64,000 nucleotides of DNA, from contig JAQFVV010000007.1 of NCBI GenBank assembly GCA_028023455.1, positions 17,918,001-17,982,000 on the forward strand. The letters are read 5' to 3'. Below, in pieces: positions 38,557 through 50,835 of the stretch; position 1 is the first letter of the stretch, and every line of letters starts with the position of its first letter. Both the position numbers and the translations under genes were made by a program. The notes under the pieces are model-generated. The model had not been told where the DNA came from and did not search any database. It was given only the letters and a program-made list of their open reading frames with translations. The stretch comes from Epiperipatus broadwayi. Its lineage: Eukaryota > Animalia > Onychophora.

Positions 38557-41500
38557 TTATTTTTGACCCCGCTTTCCCTCTGCATGGTGAGGGGTTTGAA
38601 CTTCATTTACTAATTTCAAGGCCCGGGCATTATATGTCCCAATCCTCCGGGTCCCTTCATATAATATGAAGGCATTGTTCCCGTATGCGCGTCCTATGAC
38701 ATACGGTCCCTCATATAAGGGTTGAAATTTTTTATAAATGGCCTGTTCTGGTCGACTGACCGGGTTTGTCCATACCATGACTCTGTCTCCTTCCTTGAAT
38801 ATTCCTACCACGATTCCCTGTCTTTTTTTCCGAACTTGGCTCATTTTCTGCAATTGCCGTCTAGCTTCTTGGGCATCCCTTGTCTGATTTATTTTCTCCC
38901 TTTGAGGCCAGGGTCCTTGGGCATATGGGTATGGCCTCCTTCTCCCAAAGTGAAGGCAGTCGGGTTCAAAACCAGTTGACTCATTCCGGGTTTCGTTTAT
39001 CATGCTCACAACCCGGGGCGTTTCTTTTACCCACGCCTTATGGTTTCCATGCACATATATTCTGAAAAGTCGACCCAGTTCCCGCATCACTCGCTCGCAT
39101 GGATTGGCTTGAGGATTTCGAATAGACGTGAGGGCATGCTTAATATTATTTTTTTTTGTCCACTGTGCCCATTCTTTGGATACGAATGGAGTTCCATTGT
39201 CTGACAAGATTCTTTTTGGTTTTCCCACTTCCCTAAATTGCCGATTTTCCAGAACTCGAATCGCCTGCTTCGCATTTGCTTGACTGATCGGAAAAGCTGA
39301 TACCAACTTAGAGTATAAGTCATATGCCACCAGCAGATACCTCTTTCCATTTGACATCGGCAGTGGCCCGTAGAAATCAATAGCTAGTGTGTCATTTGGC
39401 TCATACACGAGGATGGGTGTCGATACTCCCTCATTCGATCTATTCATTGGCTTTGTTTTGGCGCATGTCATACATTTCTTTATTTCTTGTGTCACATCCC
39501 GGTGGAGATTTGGCCAGTAGAACCATTGTTCAATCCATCCGGCGGTCTTGTTGCCCCCGAAATGTCCTCTTTCATCATGTACCTGGGCTATAATATTCTG
39601 TCGTATTGCTCTCGGTATTATCACCCGATAATTCTGCCCATTTCTTGTTTGTCGTTGAAGGAGTCCATTTCTGACAACGCATTTCTTTCGATGGGCCCAT
39701 AATGTATTTCCTCGACTATTTGGTATCGTGTGGTACCTGCCAAAATCCATGACCTGTCTACACTCCCTATCTTCCTGTTGCGCTTCCTTAATTTTCTGAA
39801 GGCTATAATGCTCCCTGCTTTGGGCTCGTGTCGTCGCTATGTATGGCCCCTCGTTTTCCTCAAGGCCTCGTCCTATGGGATATCGGCTCAGGGTATCTGC
39901 TATTATATTGTCCCTCCCCTTACAGTATTCTACCGTATAATCAAATTCCTGAAGGGCGAGGCTCCACCTTATTAGGCGGCTATTTGTCAAAAAACTCCTG
40001 TTCAGAAACTCTAAGCTTCGATGGTCGGTCACGACCACCACTCTAGATCCTACCAGGTATTGCCTCAGTTTCTTGAAAGCCCATACGATGGCTAAGGCCT
40101 CTCTTTCTGTGACCGTGTAGTTCTGCTCGGCCTTCGTAAAAAGCCTACTTATGAAGGCGATTGCTTTGCTCTGCCCCTTGCTATCCTTTTGAAACATCAT
40201 TGCCCCCATTCCTATCCCACTGCTGTCCGTTTGTACATAAAATGTACGTCCAAAGTCTGGGTGCGCCAACACTACGTGTCTTAAGAACCCTTCCTTTATT
40301 CGACGGAAGCTAGCCTCCTGTTCTTCTTTCCATGCCCATGGTGTTTCTTTCCTCAGAAGTCTGAGCAGTGGTTCTATCCCTTCTGAAAAATTTGGATAGT
40401 ATTGTTTAAAGAAATTACACAGTCCGAGGAAAGCCTTGACGTCACGCTTCTTTTTGGGCTCTGGAAATTCCTGTATGGCTTGTATTTTTTCAGGATTAGG
40501 TGATACCCCCTCTTTACTGATAATATGCCCTAAAAACTTCACCTCGGGTGTCATGAGCCTGCTTTTTCCCAGGTTTATTTTGATTCCTTTCTCTCGACAT
40601 TCTTGAAATAATTTTCGAAGGCATTTAATATGCTCTTTATTATCCTCAGACGCAATGATGATGTCATCAACATACGTGGTGCTAAAACCCTTCACCTCCT
40701 CTGACAGCACTCTATCAAGGCATTGTATCAAGCCTGCTCCGCTATTTTTCAGACCAAATGGTATCCGGTTAAACTGATAGGCGATGCCATTATATCGGAA
40801 TGCCGTGTACTGGCGGTCCTCTGGGTGTAGGCTAATCTGCCAGTAGCTGCTGGTCATGTCTAGGGTAGAAAAAACACCTTTCCCATTGAACCGATTTATT
40901 AATTCGCTCATGGGGGGCGGAGCATTTGTGTCCGCGATCGTGATTTTGTTGAGGAGCCTCGCGTCCAGACACAATCGTACCGAACCATCTTTTTTCTTTG
41001 CTACGACAATTGGGTTGTTATATGGTGAGGAGCATTTTGAGATTACTCCCCATTCTAGCATGTTATTTATCTGCTTGCCTATCTCTGGCCGGTATTGAAA
41101 GGGGATCGGGTATGATCTAGATTGATACGGTTGATCCTGAATGAGCTTTATCCTGTGTTCGTAACCACTGATGACCCCAGGTATGTCGGAGAATACGTCC
41201 TTGTATTCCTCCAGAATATTTCCCAGTTCCATTTCTTCTTTTTCTGGCTTTGTTCCGATCTCCCTTGTTACCATTTTCTTTTCTAACTCCATACTATGTA
41301 CGGCCTGTTCCATGTTTTTTGTTTGATTTTGTTCTATAAAAGGTACCATCTTTCCTGAGATCCGGGCTTGTTCTGTTTCGTAGTCGATGCTACATTTGTA
41401 TTTTCCCATAAAATCGGATCCTAATATAACATCGTGTATTAATCCCTGCATTACCAGCATGATTTGGTTATGCTGGTTTCCTGCTATTTTTATGTCTACC

Positions 41501-41988
41501 CATGCCTGTACTGCTTCCGCTTGGGCCCTTTTCCCATTTGCCAAGGTTATGCGCATTATCTTAAGCGGTAATGTTTTGAGGTTTGGTTCTTCTTGGGTAA
41601 GTTTGCTGAATGTTTCTTGTGACAGAACTGATACTTGACTCCCTGAGTCGAGTAGTGCGTGAGTTTTCGTTTCCCCTATTTTAACCTCTATTTTAGGGCA
41701 TTGAGGTCCACTTCTACTTCCTTCCTCTTCCTTTATGATCTTTCCTATATTGGCTATTTGACTTTCTCCCTCTTCCTCATTTTCATCCTTTATCTCTTCT
41801 AACCTCCTTATTACCTTGTCCATGTTATCTATCCCTGTCAAAAATCGTTTTGCCCATGCGGGTAATCCCCTTCGTGCTATTCTGATCAACCATTCCTCAG
41901 ATGGTGTGCCTAAGTTTATTTGTCTTAGCTGTGCCATTCTCCTATGAAAAAAATCCTTCCATCGTTTCTCCTGTTTTCCATTCCTCAT
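38557..41988 (-). CDS. pol: Gypsy polyprotein: Gag C-terminal half, aspartic protease, RT, RNase H, integrase
   Basis: LLDSGS (PR); YVDDII (RT); TDSSGIGMG...EREALAIVWA (RH); HDERGH...CMTC, IDFYGP, SDNGTPF, NPQANPCERV and GPY (INT). The listed first Met is probably not the real start. Confidence 0.95.
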   Translation of the reverse strand: MRNGKQEKRWKDFFHRRMAQLRQINLGTPSEEWLIRIARRGLPAWAKRFLTGIDNMDKVIRRLEEIKDENEEEGESQIANIGKIIKEEEGSRSGPQCPKIEVKIGETKTHALLDSGSQVSVLSQETFSKLTQEEPNLKTLPLKIMRITLANGKRAQAEAVQAWVDIKIAGNQHNQIMLVMQGLIHDVILGSDFMGKYKCSIDYETEQARISGKMVPFIEQNQTKNMEQAVHSMELEKKMVTREIGTKPEKEEMELGNILEEYKDVFSDIPGVISGYEHRIKLIQDQPYQSRSYPIPFQYRPEIGKQINNMLEWGVISKCSSPYNNPIVVAKKKDGSVRLCLDARLLNKITIADTNAPPPMSELINRFNGKGVFSTLDMTSSYWQISLHPEDRQYTAFRYNGIAYQFNRIPFGLKNSGAGLIQCLDRVLSEEVKGFSTTYVDDIIIASEDNKEHIKCLRKLFQECREKGIKINLGKSRLMTPEVKFLGHIISKEGVSPNPEKIQAIQEFPEPKKKRDVKAFLGLCNFFKQYYPNFSEGIEPLLRLLRKETPWAWKEEQEASFRRIKEGFLRHVVLAHPDFGRTFYVQTDSSGIGMGAMMFQKDSKGQSKAIAFISRLFTKAEQNYTVTEREALAIVWAFKKLRQYLVGSRVVVVTDHRSLEFLNRSFLTNSRLIRWSLALQEFDYTVEYCKGRDNIIADTLSRYPIGRGLEENEGPYIATTRAQSREHYSLQKIKEAQQEDRECRQVMDFGRYHTIPNSRGNTLWAHRKKCVVRNGLLQRQTRNGQNYRVIIPRAIRQNIIAQVHDERGHFGGNKTAGWIEQWFYWPNLHRDVTQEIKKCMTCAKTKPMNRSNEGVSTPILVYEPNDTLAIDFYGPLPMSNGKRYLLVAYDLYSKLVSAFPISQANAKQAIRVLENRQFREVGKPKRILSDNGTPFVSKEWAQWTKKNNIKHALTSIRNPQANPCERVMRELGRLFRIYVHGNHKAWVKETPRVVSMINETRNESTGFEPDCLHFGRRRPYPYAQGPWPQREKINQTRDAQEARRQLQKMSQVRKKRQGIVVGIFKEGDRVMVWTNPVSRPEQAIYKKFQPLYEGPYVIGRAYGNNAFILYEGTRRIGTYNARALKLVNEVQTPHHAEGKRGQK

Positions 41989-42289
41989 TTTCTATTTCAC
42001 GTAAGGCTCTCATTTGTCTTGCTTTCCCCCAATAGCTCTCCTTTATCATTTCTTCATACTGCCTAAATGTCTTTGGTTTTTGTTGTATCGATTTCCACCA
42101 ATCTAGAGCCCCTTCTCGTATGTGGCTGACTGCTATGGCTATTTTACCTTCTTCATTAAGTGTTTTGTAAGCGAATAATCTCTCTAGGCTCTCTATGTGT
42201 TCATTTGGGTCCTCATTTCTCTTTCCCTTAAATGTTTGTACTATTTTTCCTATTTCACTTTCCCACATATTATCGTTATTGCTGTCCAT
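41942..42289 (-). CDS. gag: Gag N-terminal half (retrotransposon capsid-like), separated from the rest by a 1-nt frameshift
   Basis: FKGKRNEDPNEHIESLE...GALDWW...GETMEGFF. Removing one base from the A7 run at 41947-41953 joins it to the downstream ORF, giving 1243 aa. Confidence 0.85.
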   Translation of the reverse strand: MDSNNDNMWESEIGKIVQTFKGKRNEDPNEHIESLERLFAYKTLNEEGKIAIAVSHIREGALDWWKSIQQKPKTFRQYEEMIKESYWGKARQMRALREIENEEWKTGETMEGFFS

Positions 42290-42630
42290 TTCTGATTTAA
42301 TAAAGAGGAAAAAAAAATTTTTTTTTTCTTCCCTTTCTCTATTTATATTTAAAATGTTACAACTTTTTGTTGATGCCTAAAGGAACGTGATTATTTTATT
42401 TTTTTATTTATGATAAGAAGTGATTAATCGACGTCCGCGCCTCCATCTCCCGCTATGTTCTCCTTTGCTTTATTCGTTGTCCATCCATAATTTTTCTTTT
42501 TCCCTTTTTTTCTCTTTTTTTTATTCGTCCAAACTTTCGTTTACGTGAAAAAGTTTTGCGTCTTTTACGAGGTTCGGCCGCTTTTGGCTAATGTCTTGAT
42601 TTGCTTCTCTCCAAAACATTATTTGTATTA

Positions 42631-42651
42631 GCCTCACGTTTGGAAGCGCCA
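42631..42651 (-). other. Primer-binding site resembling tRNA-Lys(CUU)
   Basis: TGGCGCTTCCAAACGTGAGGC lies 2 nt inside the 5' LTR; the canonical Lys1,2 PBS is TGGCGCCCAACGTGGGGC. Confidence 0.7.
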
Positions 42652-42653
42652 TT

Positions 42654-44861
42654 TGTTACCGGTCCCCTATTAAACCGTTCCTAAAAGGGATTGTGAGCTC
42701 CAAAACAAACATGATACAGCGTAAAGATTTATTTATTTTCCTATATCAATAGTTGTTCATTATCAACACAAGGGGGCGCCAGATACGATGATTTAATTTA
42801 CAATTTAATTTCTCGCATCACCTTACGTCATATCAAAACGATTTCGAAGTCTAATCCCCGCCCATAAGCTCAAACTCCCAGCATGGACCAATAAGGGTCA
42901 CTCAGGGTCGCGATGTAATTTTTTTCAAGACTATTATTCTGGCAAAAGACACAATACTAACCAATGGAGAAGAAGCTTGGTTGATTAACAGATCGGTCCA
43001 AATATTGGACCGGGTCATTGGTTATTTGCAACTAATACGAATGTTCGGTTTATGCATCATTATATAAAAAAAATTAGAAGCTTATAATATCACCCCCCCT
43101 TTATCATACAGTCCAATAGAATTATTCACACTAGCTTTATTGACATTTACTTATACTTATTAATAATAGGCCCTCCCAACTCTTAAACCTATCTTAACTA
43201 CATAATAAATAAACATCGTGACTTACGGCACGATGAAATTTAAAGAAATAAACAAAACAAAAAAAATACAAGAAAGACAAATTTAAAAGTAAAATAATTA
43301 ATTGCATGAATAAATGCTGATTATAATAATTAAAAAATATATATTTTAATTATAGAGAATGATTTGAGGAATGCTCGACTTGTTTAAATAAAAAAAAATT
43401 TATTGAATATAAATAAAATGAAACATTGATTAATAGCTTTATTTGCACGCACATACATGCATTCTTGCACTCGCACAGAAAAGAACATATTATGTATAAT
43501 AAACATGGATGATAAAATATATTTCCTTCCTTTACATTTTGAAATTAGGTGTGTGTTATAGTTTATCTGCGAAAGAAAATAATAATTAGGATCACAGTTC
43601 ATAACAGGAAAAGTCCTAAGATTTAAATATGAGGAACTATGTAGCATCTGATATTTTTTTATTTACGAAAGTTGAGATTAAAATAATAAGATTTAAATAT
43701 GAGGGATTACGGATCATTTTATATTTTGATTTACGAAAGTCGAATTTAATTAATTATGAGATTGCCTTTTAAAGTCTACGTAAAGAAAGAATGGGAGCAT
43801 AAAAAAATAAAGTGTTTACCTAGGATTTTGCGTAGTCTTCTGCTGCTTCTAATTTGGTGAAGGTTCGAACCTGATGGATGATGTTTCCATAATAAGTGGT
43901 TATTCATTTCATATAAGTTCAGCGTAGTATGTTTGGACGATTCTTGTATATTAAACGGAACAACGTCCTTGGACTGATTGGAGTACGATGTTCGGACGGC
44001 ACTGTTGTTGATCATTCATAGCTGTGGAGATGTTCTGGTGGCGGAGCGTCGATCAATCACTGAAGGGTTTCTTAGCCCATCATGACGATCGACGCTCTAA
44101 ATGTTAATTTCATAGTGATCATATTGGATAAACCGGATAGCAAAAAAAAAGAGAAAAGTTCTAGTTGTAGCTTCCGTAGGAATCAAAAAAAAAAACTATA
44201 AGCATAAGCATAAAAAAAAAGTGTAAAAGAACAAAGACAAAGACTAAGACTCCTATTTATATGGGTTGGTTATTATCTGAGGATCGAATCTCCACCCAGA
44301 GTTCAATATTCTTTGAGTTGTCGTTGGGGTCCGTGTCCTACGTAATGTTCATTCAATCCATATGCTTGAGGCAATCTTAGGTTTATGCAATCTCACATTG
44401 CAATCTCAGTTAGAAAAAATTCATACTTATTCACCTTTTATACATACATGTGTGCGTGTTTTAAGAGAACAATTTAACTTACATTAGTTTAAAAGTCGAG
44501 CATTTAATCTCAAAATCACTTCTATAAGCTTTTAACTTTCACTATAGTTATAATTTAAAATAAACCCCTTTTTAATTACCCCCGCGGCATATACAAGTAG
44601 AGATCACTTATTGAGATTTAAAATGGCATATTAGTGATGCTTTATATTTTATTTTTTTAGAGAATATTATTATAGTAGATTATATGAAAGCCTTAAATTA
44701 TTTAATCAGAAATATTAACATTTTATTTTATAGTGTATTTTATAAAGCATTGAAAGAAAACTATATTTATTTTTATCATAAGTTGAAAGTAAATAAAAAA
44801 TAGAGTATTTACATTGCTTGTGTGTGTGGGTATATACCTGTACCGACTTTGTCTCGGTACA
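42654..44861 (-). repeat. 5' LTR (2208 bp)
   Basis: Direct repeat of 36289-38490, adjacent to the PBS. Confidence 0.97.
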
Positions 44862-46867
44862 ATATATTTGATGATTAGGCACTACATAGGGATTTTACAG
44901 CCAAACCATGCATACATTAATTACTCTGGCATGCACTGAGTGGCAGTATGAAGTAAAGATTAAGAATTTGCCCTTTCCAATTTCTTTAGGACCTCAAAAG
45001 TAAATCTCAGGGTATCCTTTTAATTAACCACAAACTTCTTCTGAGACAACTCATAAAAACACTCTATACTATTTATTACATATTTCTAAAATTAAGTTCT
45101 TAATAATACTTTTAAAGCAAGCATGGCTAAATTCATAATATTCACATTATCAAATGTTAGTATTAACTTTAAAATGACTTTTGTTCATAAATGTATTTTC
45201 TCAACAAAAACAAAAGAATTTGAAATTAGTTAATAAAATATCATTAGACATTTTACTTTATGTATTCAGATTTCAGTAATTTGGCTAAGTTGCTAAGTAA
45301 AAGTTGATTAAAAATTAATAATTTGAAGCTAAATTAATCACATTAGTAAAGTAATTAATCATAATAATGGAAAAATAATTGAAAATCAATAAGAAAATGT
45401 ATATTCTTCCAGATAACCAGTATGTTTGATAAAACAATTTTACCAGTAAACATGTAAATAAGGAAAAATGATATGTTGTTCAGATGTTTCAGCATAGAAA
45501 ATATCAACAAATAAGATATCTTTGTTTTTCTAGAAATAAACATATTAGTACCTAAGATTCTACAAACTAAGATCCAGTATTTTTAAGGAATAAAGATGAC
45601 AATATCTAAGATTTTACACACAAAAAAGCATTAACTTTGAGGACCTATTTTCAAGAATGTGGATTAAAGCATTTCTTATAAAGATTAATCTGATTTTTGA
45701 GTATACTTCACATAATAGCTGCCCCAAAATGCATAAGTATAGATGGGTCAAAAACATGACTGAAAAAATGATAGATTTTAAATTAATTATTAATCAAATA
45801 ATCATGTGATGTTCAAGCATCTTGACCATAAGCCAAATACTATATTTTCACTCAACTGACCAAAGTGAGATTTCTTTTTCTTTTTTCAACTGATAATCAA
45901 TTTATAGAGCTTTAACTTTTGAATTCACAACTCTAACTAACCATTGAGTTCAGGTAAAAAAATGTATGGTTAGTTTCTTAGGATGTTGTGATATACAAGG
46001 ACTTTTGTGGTAAATTGAGCATAACAGACCTATTCAATGAATTAAGCTGAATTTTTTTTAACTTTAGGTTTTAAACTATACTTCTACTGCTGAATAGATC
46101 ATACATGATGCCTTTCATTTTAGTTCATAGTTTTAAGCACTATGCAAAATATATAATAAACATATTTGAGTCAGTTATATTTAATGAAGATTTTTAAAAA
46201 GGCATACGGGTCAGGAGTTCATAAGAAGTTAGAATGCCAGATCTGCATGTACAAGAATCGATCCTGCAACCTCACAATAGCAAGTTGGACACTCTTCTAT
46301 AGGCGCTAAACATAAACTTTAAATAAATGCTGTATTTTTTTTAATTAACATAAAACTGTATATTTCAAATTTTTCTAATACCTGTATTGTTTTTAATATA
46401 AGTAAAAAAAATTATCGATGACATGATAAAAAATTCGTGAAGACACTCTTCTGTCTAAATTTAGATAAGACAGTTAAATTAACGTCTGGTATTGACGAAG
46501 GTTTATTCTCTGAGATGTTTTGTCTATTGAGTATTTAGGAACAAGTTTTCAATTTTGTCAACGAAATGAATTCTGGATTATCATGAAACAAAACAATTTT
46601 ATTTTTGTCTCTTTTAAATTTCAGTATTCTTTTCAAAAATTGCTAGATGCATTTTTCAAATATCTTTGGTAAGATAGAAAATAATCATTCATGAATACCC
46701 GGAGGATACAACAAAACTTTGGAATTTAAAGTTATAATTAATGTCTATTATGACTTGTAAAACACATTTTTTTTGCCTTTTAACGGTTTAACAATAATGG
46801 AACTTCAAAATTATCAAAAAACAATAATGGAACTTCACTGGGTTTATTTATATAAAAAAATCCGTCG

Positions 46868-47092
46868 ATTAAAGTTTGAAGATTTGCTTGCTATTTTAAT
46901 ATAAACTGAGCACTGAATATATATGCGTGTGGGAGATGATAATCTGAACCAACTGTTGAGTGCTGGTTCATTACGAAATACTTATATTGGAGATCATTTA
47001 TCTTTTTCACATGTATGAGGTCAGGTGTATCGATTGTATAAGATGTAGAAGTGGAACTTGAAGTTCTGAGTTCAAATCTCTTCTAATTACAC
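46868..47092 (+). mobile_element. 5'-truncated subfamily-1 hammerhead monomer
   Basis: taatctgaaccaa CTGTTGA gtgctg gtt cattac GAAA tacttat a ttggagatca at 46940-46996, with family-specific flanks. Confidence 0.7.
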
Positions 47093-50000
47093 AATAAAGA
47101 CAATATAGTTGTATTTATATAAATAAGGTAAATGCCAAAGATAAGTGTGTTGTGAATAAAACAATTCTACAATTCTAGTTTGTATTATTTAGTTATTAGG
47201 GCATAAGTTTTTTTTTTTTTTAGATAGCTAACTATTCACAAATTTTATACATGAATCTGTAAGGCGATTTACCAGGAATGATTAAATGTCAACTGTATGG
47301 TTTGTTACTATTTGATTCATTCTCACTCGCTCTCGAAGGTGATATAGCACAATATTTATTAATGGTATCATATCTGTTGATGAGATCTTAATTTAATGGT
47401 CTTTTTTATTTGATTAGAAAAATAAATTCATTTGGTTCATATAAAAAGTTCATTCTTTATACATAACTTTAACAATTGTGAATATTTAGATCGCAATTTG
47501 TATTTTCTAATATTTCGCGATATTCTCTTGGATTTAATTACAGTGTCTTTATTCCTAAAAGATAAACATAGAATATAGGCAGATTTAATATTATTAGATG
47601 GTTGTATGATACATCCTAATTTTTCTAAGGCATTAATATTGGATAACCTACACCCTATTTTACCCGATAACTGCTTGCTGTATGATGTAATGGAATTTTG
47701 GCCTGAAGATCTTTTTAGTTTATAAAAAATATACTAATATGGAAACGTACAGTTATTTGAAGAAATTATACTAGATCTTTTTTTATGATAATGTTTGATT
47801 ATGGATTACTTGAATTGAATCCAACGGGTGAAAGCTCACGTAAACACTCAGTTTATTAATGTTGTGCGTTTATCCAAAAAGTAATTTATTTTAAAACTTA
47901 TTTCTTCTTTTGTGGGTGTGTGTGATTGCATGATATTTATTTCTTCCTTTGTGTGTGTGTGATTACATGATATATATATTTTTTATTATTAGTTTTTTTT
48001 ATAGCTATGTTTCATCAACACACGGTATCTCCTCATTTGAATTTTTTTAGCTTTTGAAATATTTTTAGGAAATGCTTAAATTTGACAAAGACACACCTAT
48101 AAAATATTTTCTTTTTAAGTCACAATAATAAACACATTTTAACCCTTGCATTGTTTTTATTTCTTTTCTTTTTTTGACTAATATACTACATTAAAGTCTC
48201 ATTTTACTTATAAACAGGAAAATACATATTACTTCAAATGGAAAAATTGTCTCCATTTAACTCAAGTCAATAACAAGAATGAGTGAGTGCTTAATGCTTT
48301 ATTTTTTACAAATTACATAAACCAATTCCTCAACAACATAGAAAAATATTTTCCAGGCATCTATATTCATTCCTACATTGGTTCATAGTATAGCATGCAT
48401 AGCATACATGACAATATTACAGTTTTCTTTATATAAAAAAAGTGTACCAACTCCCATAAATTCGAATTCAATCTAGACAAATCATGTACAAGGTATGCAA
48501 AAATATTTCTTGGCATATCAATTACATATTTAAGTTTTCTTTTCTATCTGAGCAATATGGCTATGTGAAAGCAAATATAAGATAAATTGTTGCAATCAAC
48601 AGAACATCTGACATCATCACTTTCAAAGTCATAATGTTCACTTTATTTTAAAATAGTACTCATCAACATCCTTATCATCACAGGGATAACATACTACTTA
48701 TCTATCATAATCTTTATAAAAGCATTCATTATAAATGTTTATTCACTGTTCAGAAAGCTCTTATGGAGAAACAAAATGGTTACCATTTCACTCAAAAAAT
48801 TATAGTTTTATAGTACTCAAAATATATTAGAATTACATTCAATTTAAGTATACAGGAGCCTCTATTAATCTTATATCAGCCTAATAAGGTTATTTCCACC
48901 TCTGGAGACGATACTTAACATAACACCAACATATAAGGCTACTCCACCCACAACACATCTTTAAACTATTCTAGCACAAATTAATCTAATGATAAATATT
49001 AAGAGAACTTTTTCACAAGAGACATGGCAATATTGGAATATTCATGCTTTTTTACATCCAAACAAATGAAGATGTTGAATCTGCAATACTTGTCATTAGT
49101 AATAGACATCTAATAAGATTTATGTTTTGGACTCTTGAGACAAAATATTTCAATTTTATGCTCAAAATAAATATGTGGTCCTTGCCTACATCATATTTTT
49201 TTAGGTATGGGAGAAATCTTGTCAACACAAAAACTATATGTCAATTATGTCTCAAAAAAGAAAATACTTTTTTAAGGGTAGTAGTATACCAGATGTCTGG
49301 TCATATATCACAAAAATATTTCTGAAAAATAATAATACAATTCAATAAACCAGTAACTCTTTTCCAAAAGCCTGCTTTTCAGAAAGAGGAACCATCACAT
49401 TCATACTTTATGATCTGTGGTACACAAAATGGATTATTTTTTTTACAATAGTAATACACAGACATCTGAACACATTCAAAAATAAACTAGACAGACAGAC
49501 AAAAAATTACTCCTTCAGACATATTTGCAGATACCTGGTTACTTATTCATCAGTGCTCTAACCTGTAATGAGATGTTTTAATTATAACTTTCTCAATTTC
49601 TTTTCTTTTGTCTATGATATATTCAGTACAATATTGTATGTTTACCCAAATGAAGTGTTTTGTTCTTTCCTAATTCTAACAAAATTGTAAATATGTCAAG
49701 TTCTATGTATTGTTTTTTGTGTTCCTATTGTAATATACTAAGTTTATATCAGTTAAATTCATTCTGAAAGACTTTTTTATGTCACACATTATTCTTCTAC
49801 ACTATGTATGACAATAAGATATATATAACTGATACCAAGATCATGGCTTACATGTTTCTAGTCACAAGCAAATTCTTCTTATATATTTGCTCACAGAGTT
49901 ATATAGATATGAAACCATTTCAATTTTTTATTGGTTTTGTACCAATTCTGGCTAAAGAATAAAGATGCCTATTATTATAAAAAAAACTAGAGTGATCATA

Positions 50001-50835
50001 ATGTATAGAAATGGAACTGGTTTCAGATTTATATAATTATGTAAAAAAAGTGGAGCTTCCATTAAAAAAGATATTTTTTTAATTGATAGTATAATAAAAA
50101 GTATAAAATGACTACTAGAATTAAATTGCATTAGGTCTCAAGATTTAAATGCATTGTTCAAAAAGACCCCCCCCCAAAAAAAAACAAACACAAAAACAAC
50201 AACAACTCACTAATGATAGCCATAAACTAGAAATTAATCTGGGAATATTTAGCTAGAGCTGTATTGGATAGTGATTTATTAAACAATAACAACTGATATC
50301 TATTGATTACTAAAGCTTACACTAGATGGCATAAAAGTTATGCTCCAGGATACAACTTTTCACATGCCTTTGTTGTTGCTCAGTATTTATCAAGATCACA
50401 TTAATGTACCAAACTTGTGACACACACATAATTATGATACCATCCCCTCAGATAAATATCATGTTGATCATTATTAATCATTTTAGGCCAAAAACAGCAC
50501 AATAATTTTTACTTTAGAAACAATTAATAATAATCAAAATATATGGGTGTGCAGTAAATTTGATATCTTTACAGCAAATTGTAATAATTGGATAAATCAA
50601 TATTCCTTTTTTTTATTGAAATAAATGTATCAGGATAATGCACATAGCTAATTATATTTTTTTCTTAACAGCTGCCTTTTTGTAATAAAAAAGCTGCCTT
50701 TTTGTAATAAAAAAGCATCATTTTTATGATTTTAGCACGAAGTTAGTTTGTTACAATATTTATTGACTTTTATGATATTACAACATATATTGACCCTATA
50801 TCTTTTAGCTTTATTTACTTTTTGATAATGAAATC

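Larger units (their letters stand above)
36289..44861 (-). mobile_element. Full-length Ty3/Gypsy LTR retrotransposon (8573 bp), recent insertion
   Basis: Two LTRs of about 2.2 kb with TG...CA ends; ATAT TSD at 36285-36288 and 44862-44865; PBS; domain order gag-PR-RT-RH-INT. Confidence 0.97.
35845..44946. mobile_element. Tc1/mariner-type MITE (about 525 bp net, TIRs about 165 bp) split by the Gypsy insertion
   Basis: Left arm 35845-36010 starts TA|CAGTAG. Its reverse complement is found as 36203-36288 plus 44866-44946, ending ...gcactgagtggcag|TA. Confidence 0.7.

Noticed and set aside
38722-41638. Short antisense and alternate-frame ORFs over pol
   Set aside because: Expected by-products of a long, more GC-rich ORF; no independent signal.
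46240-46310. Second tRNA/SINE-like head on the minus strand
   Set aside because: Only a B-box-like GGATCGATTC is convincing; no cloverleaf.
48540-48620. SWIM-like zinc finger (RCSVDCNNLSYICFH) on the minus strand
   Set aside because: Spacing does not fit CxC...CxH well and the surrounding frames are closed.
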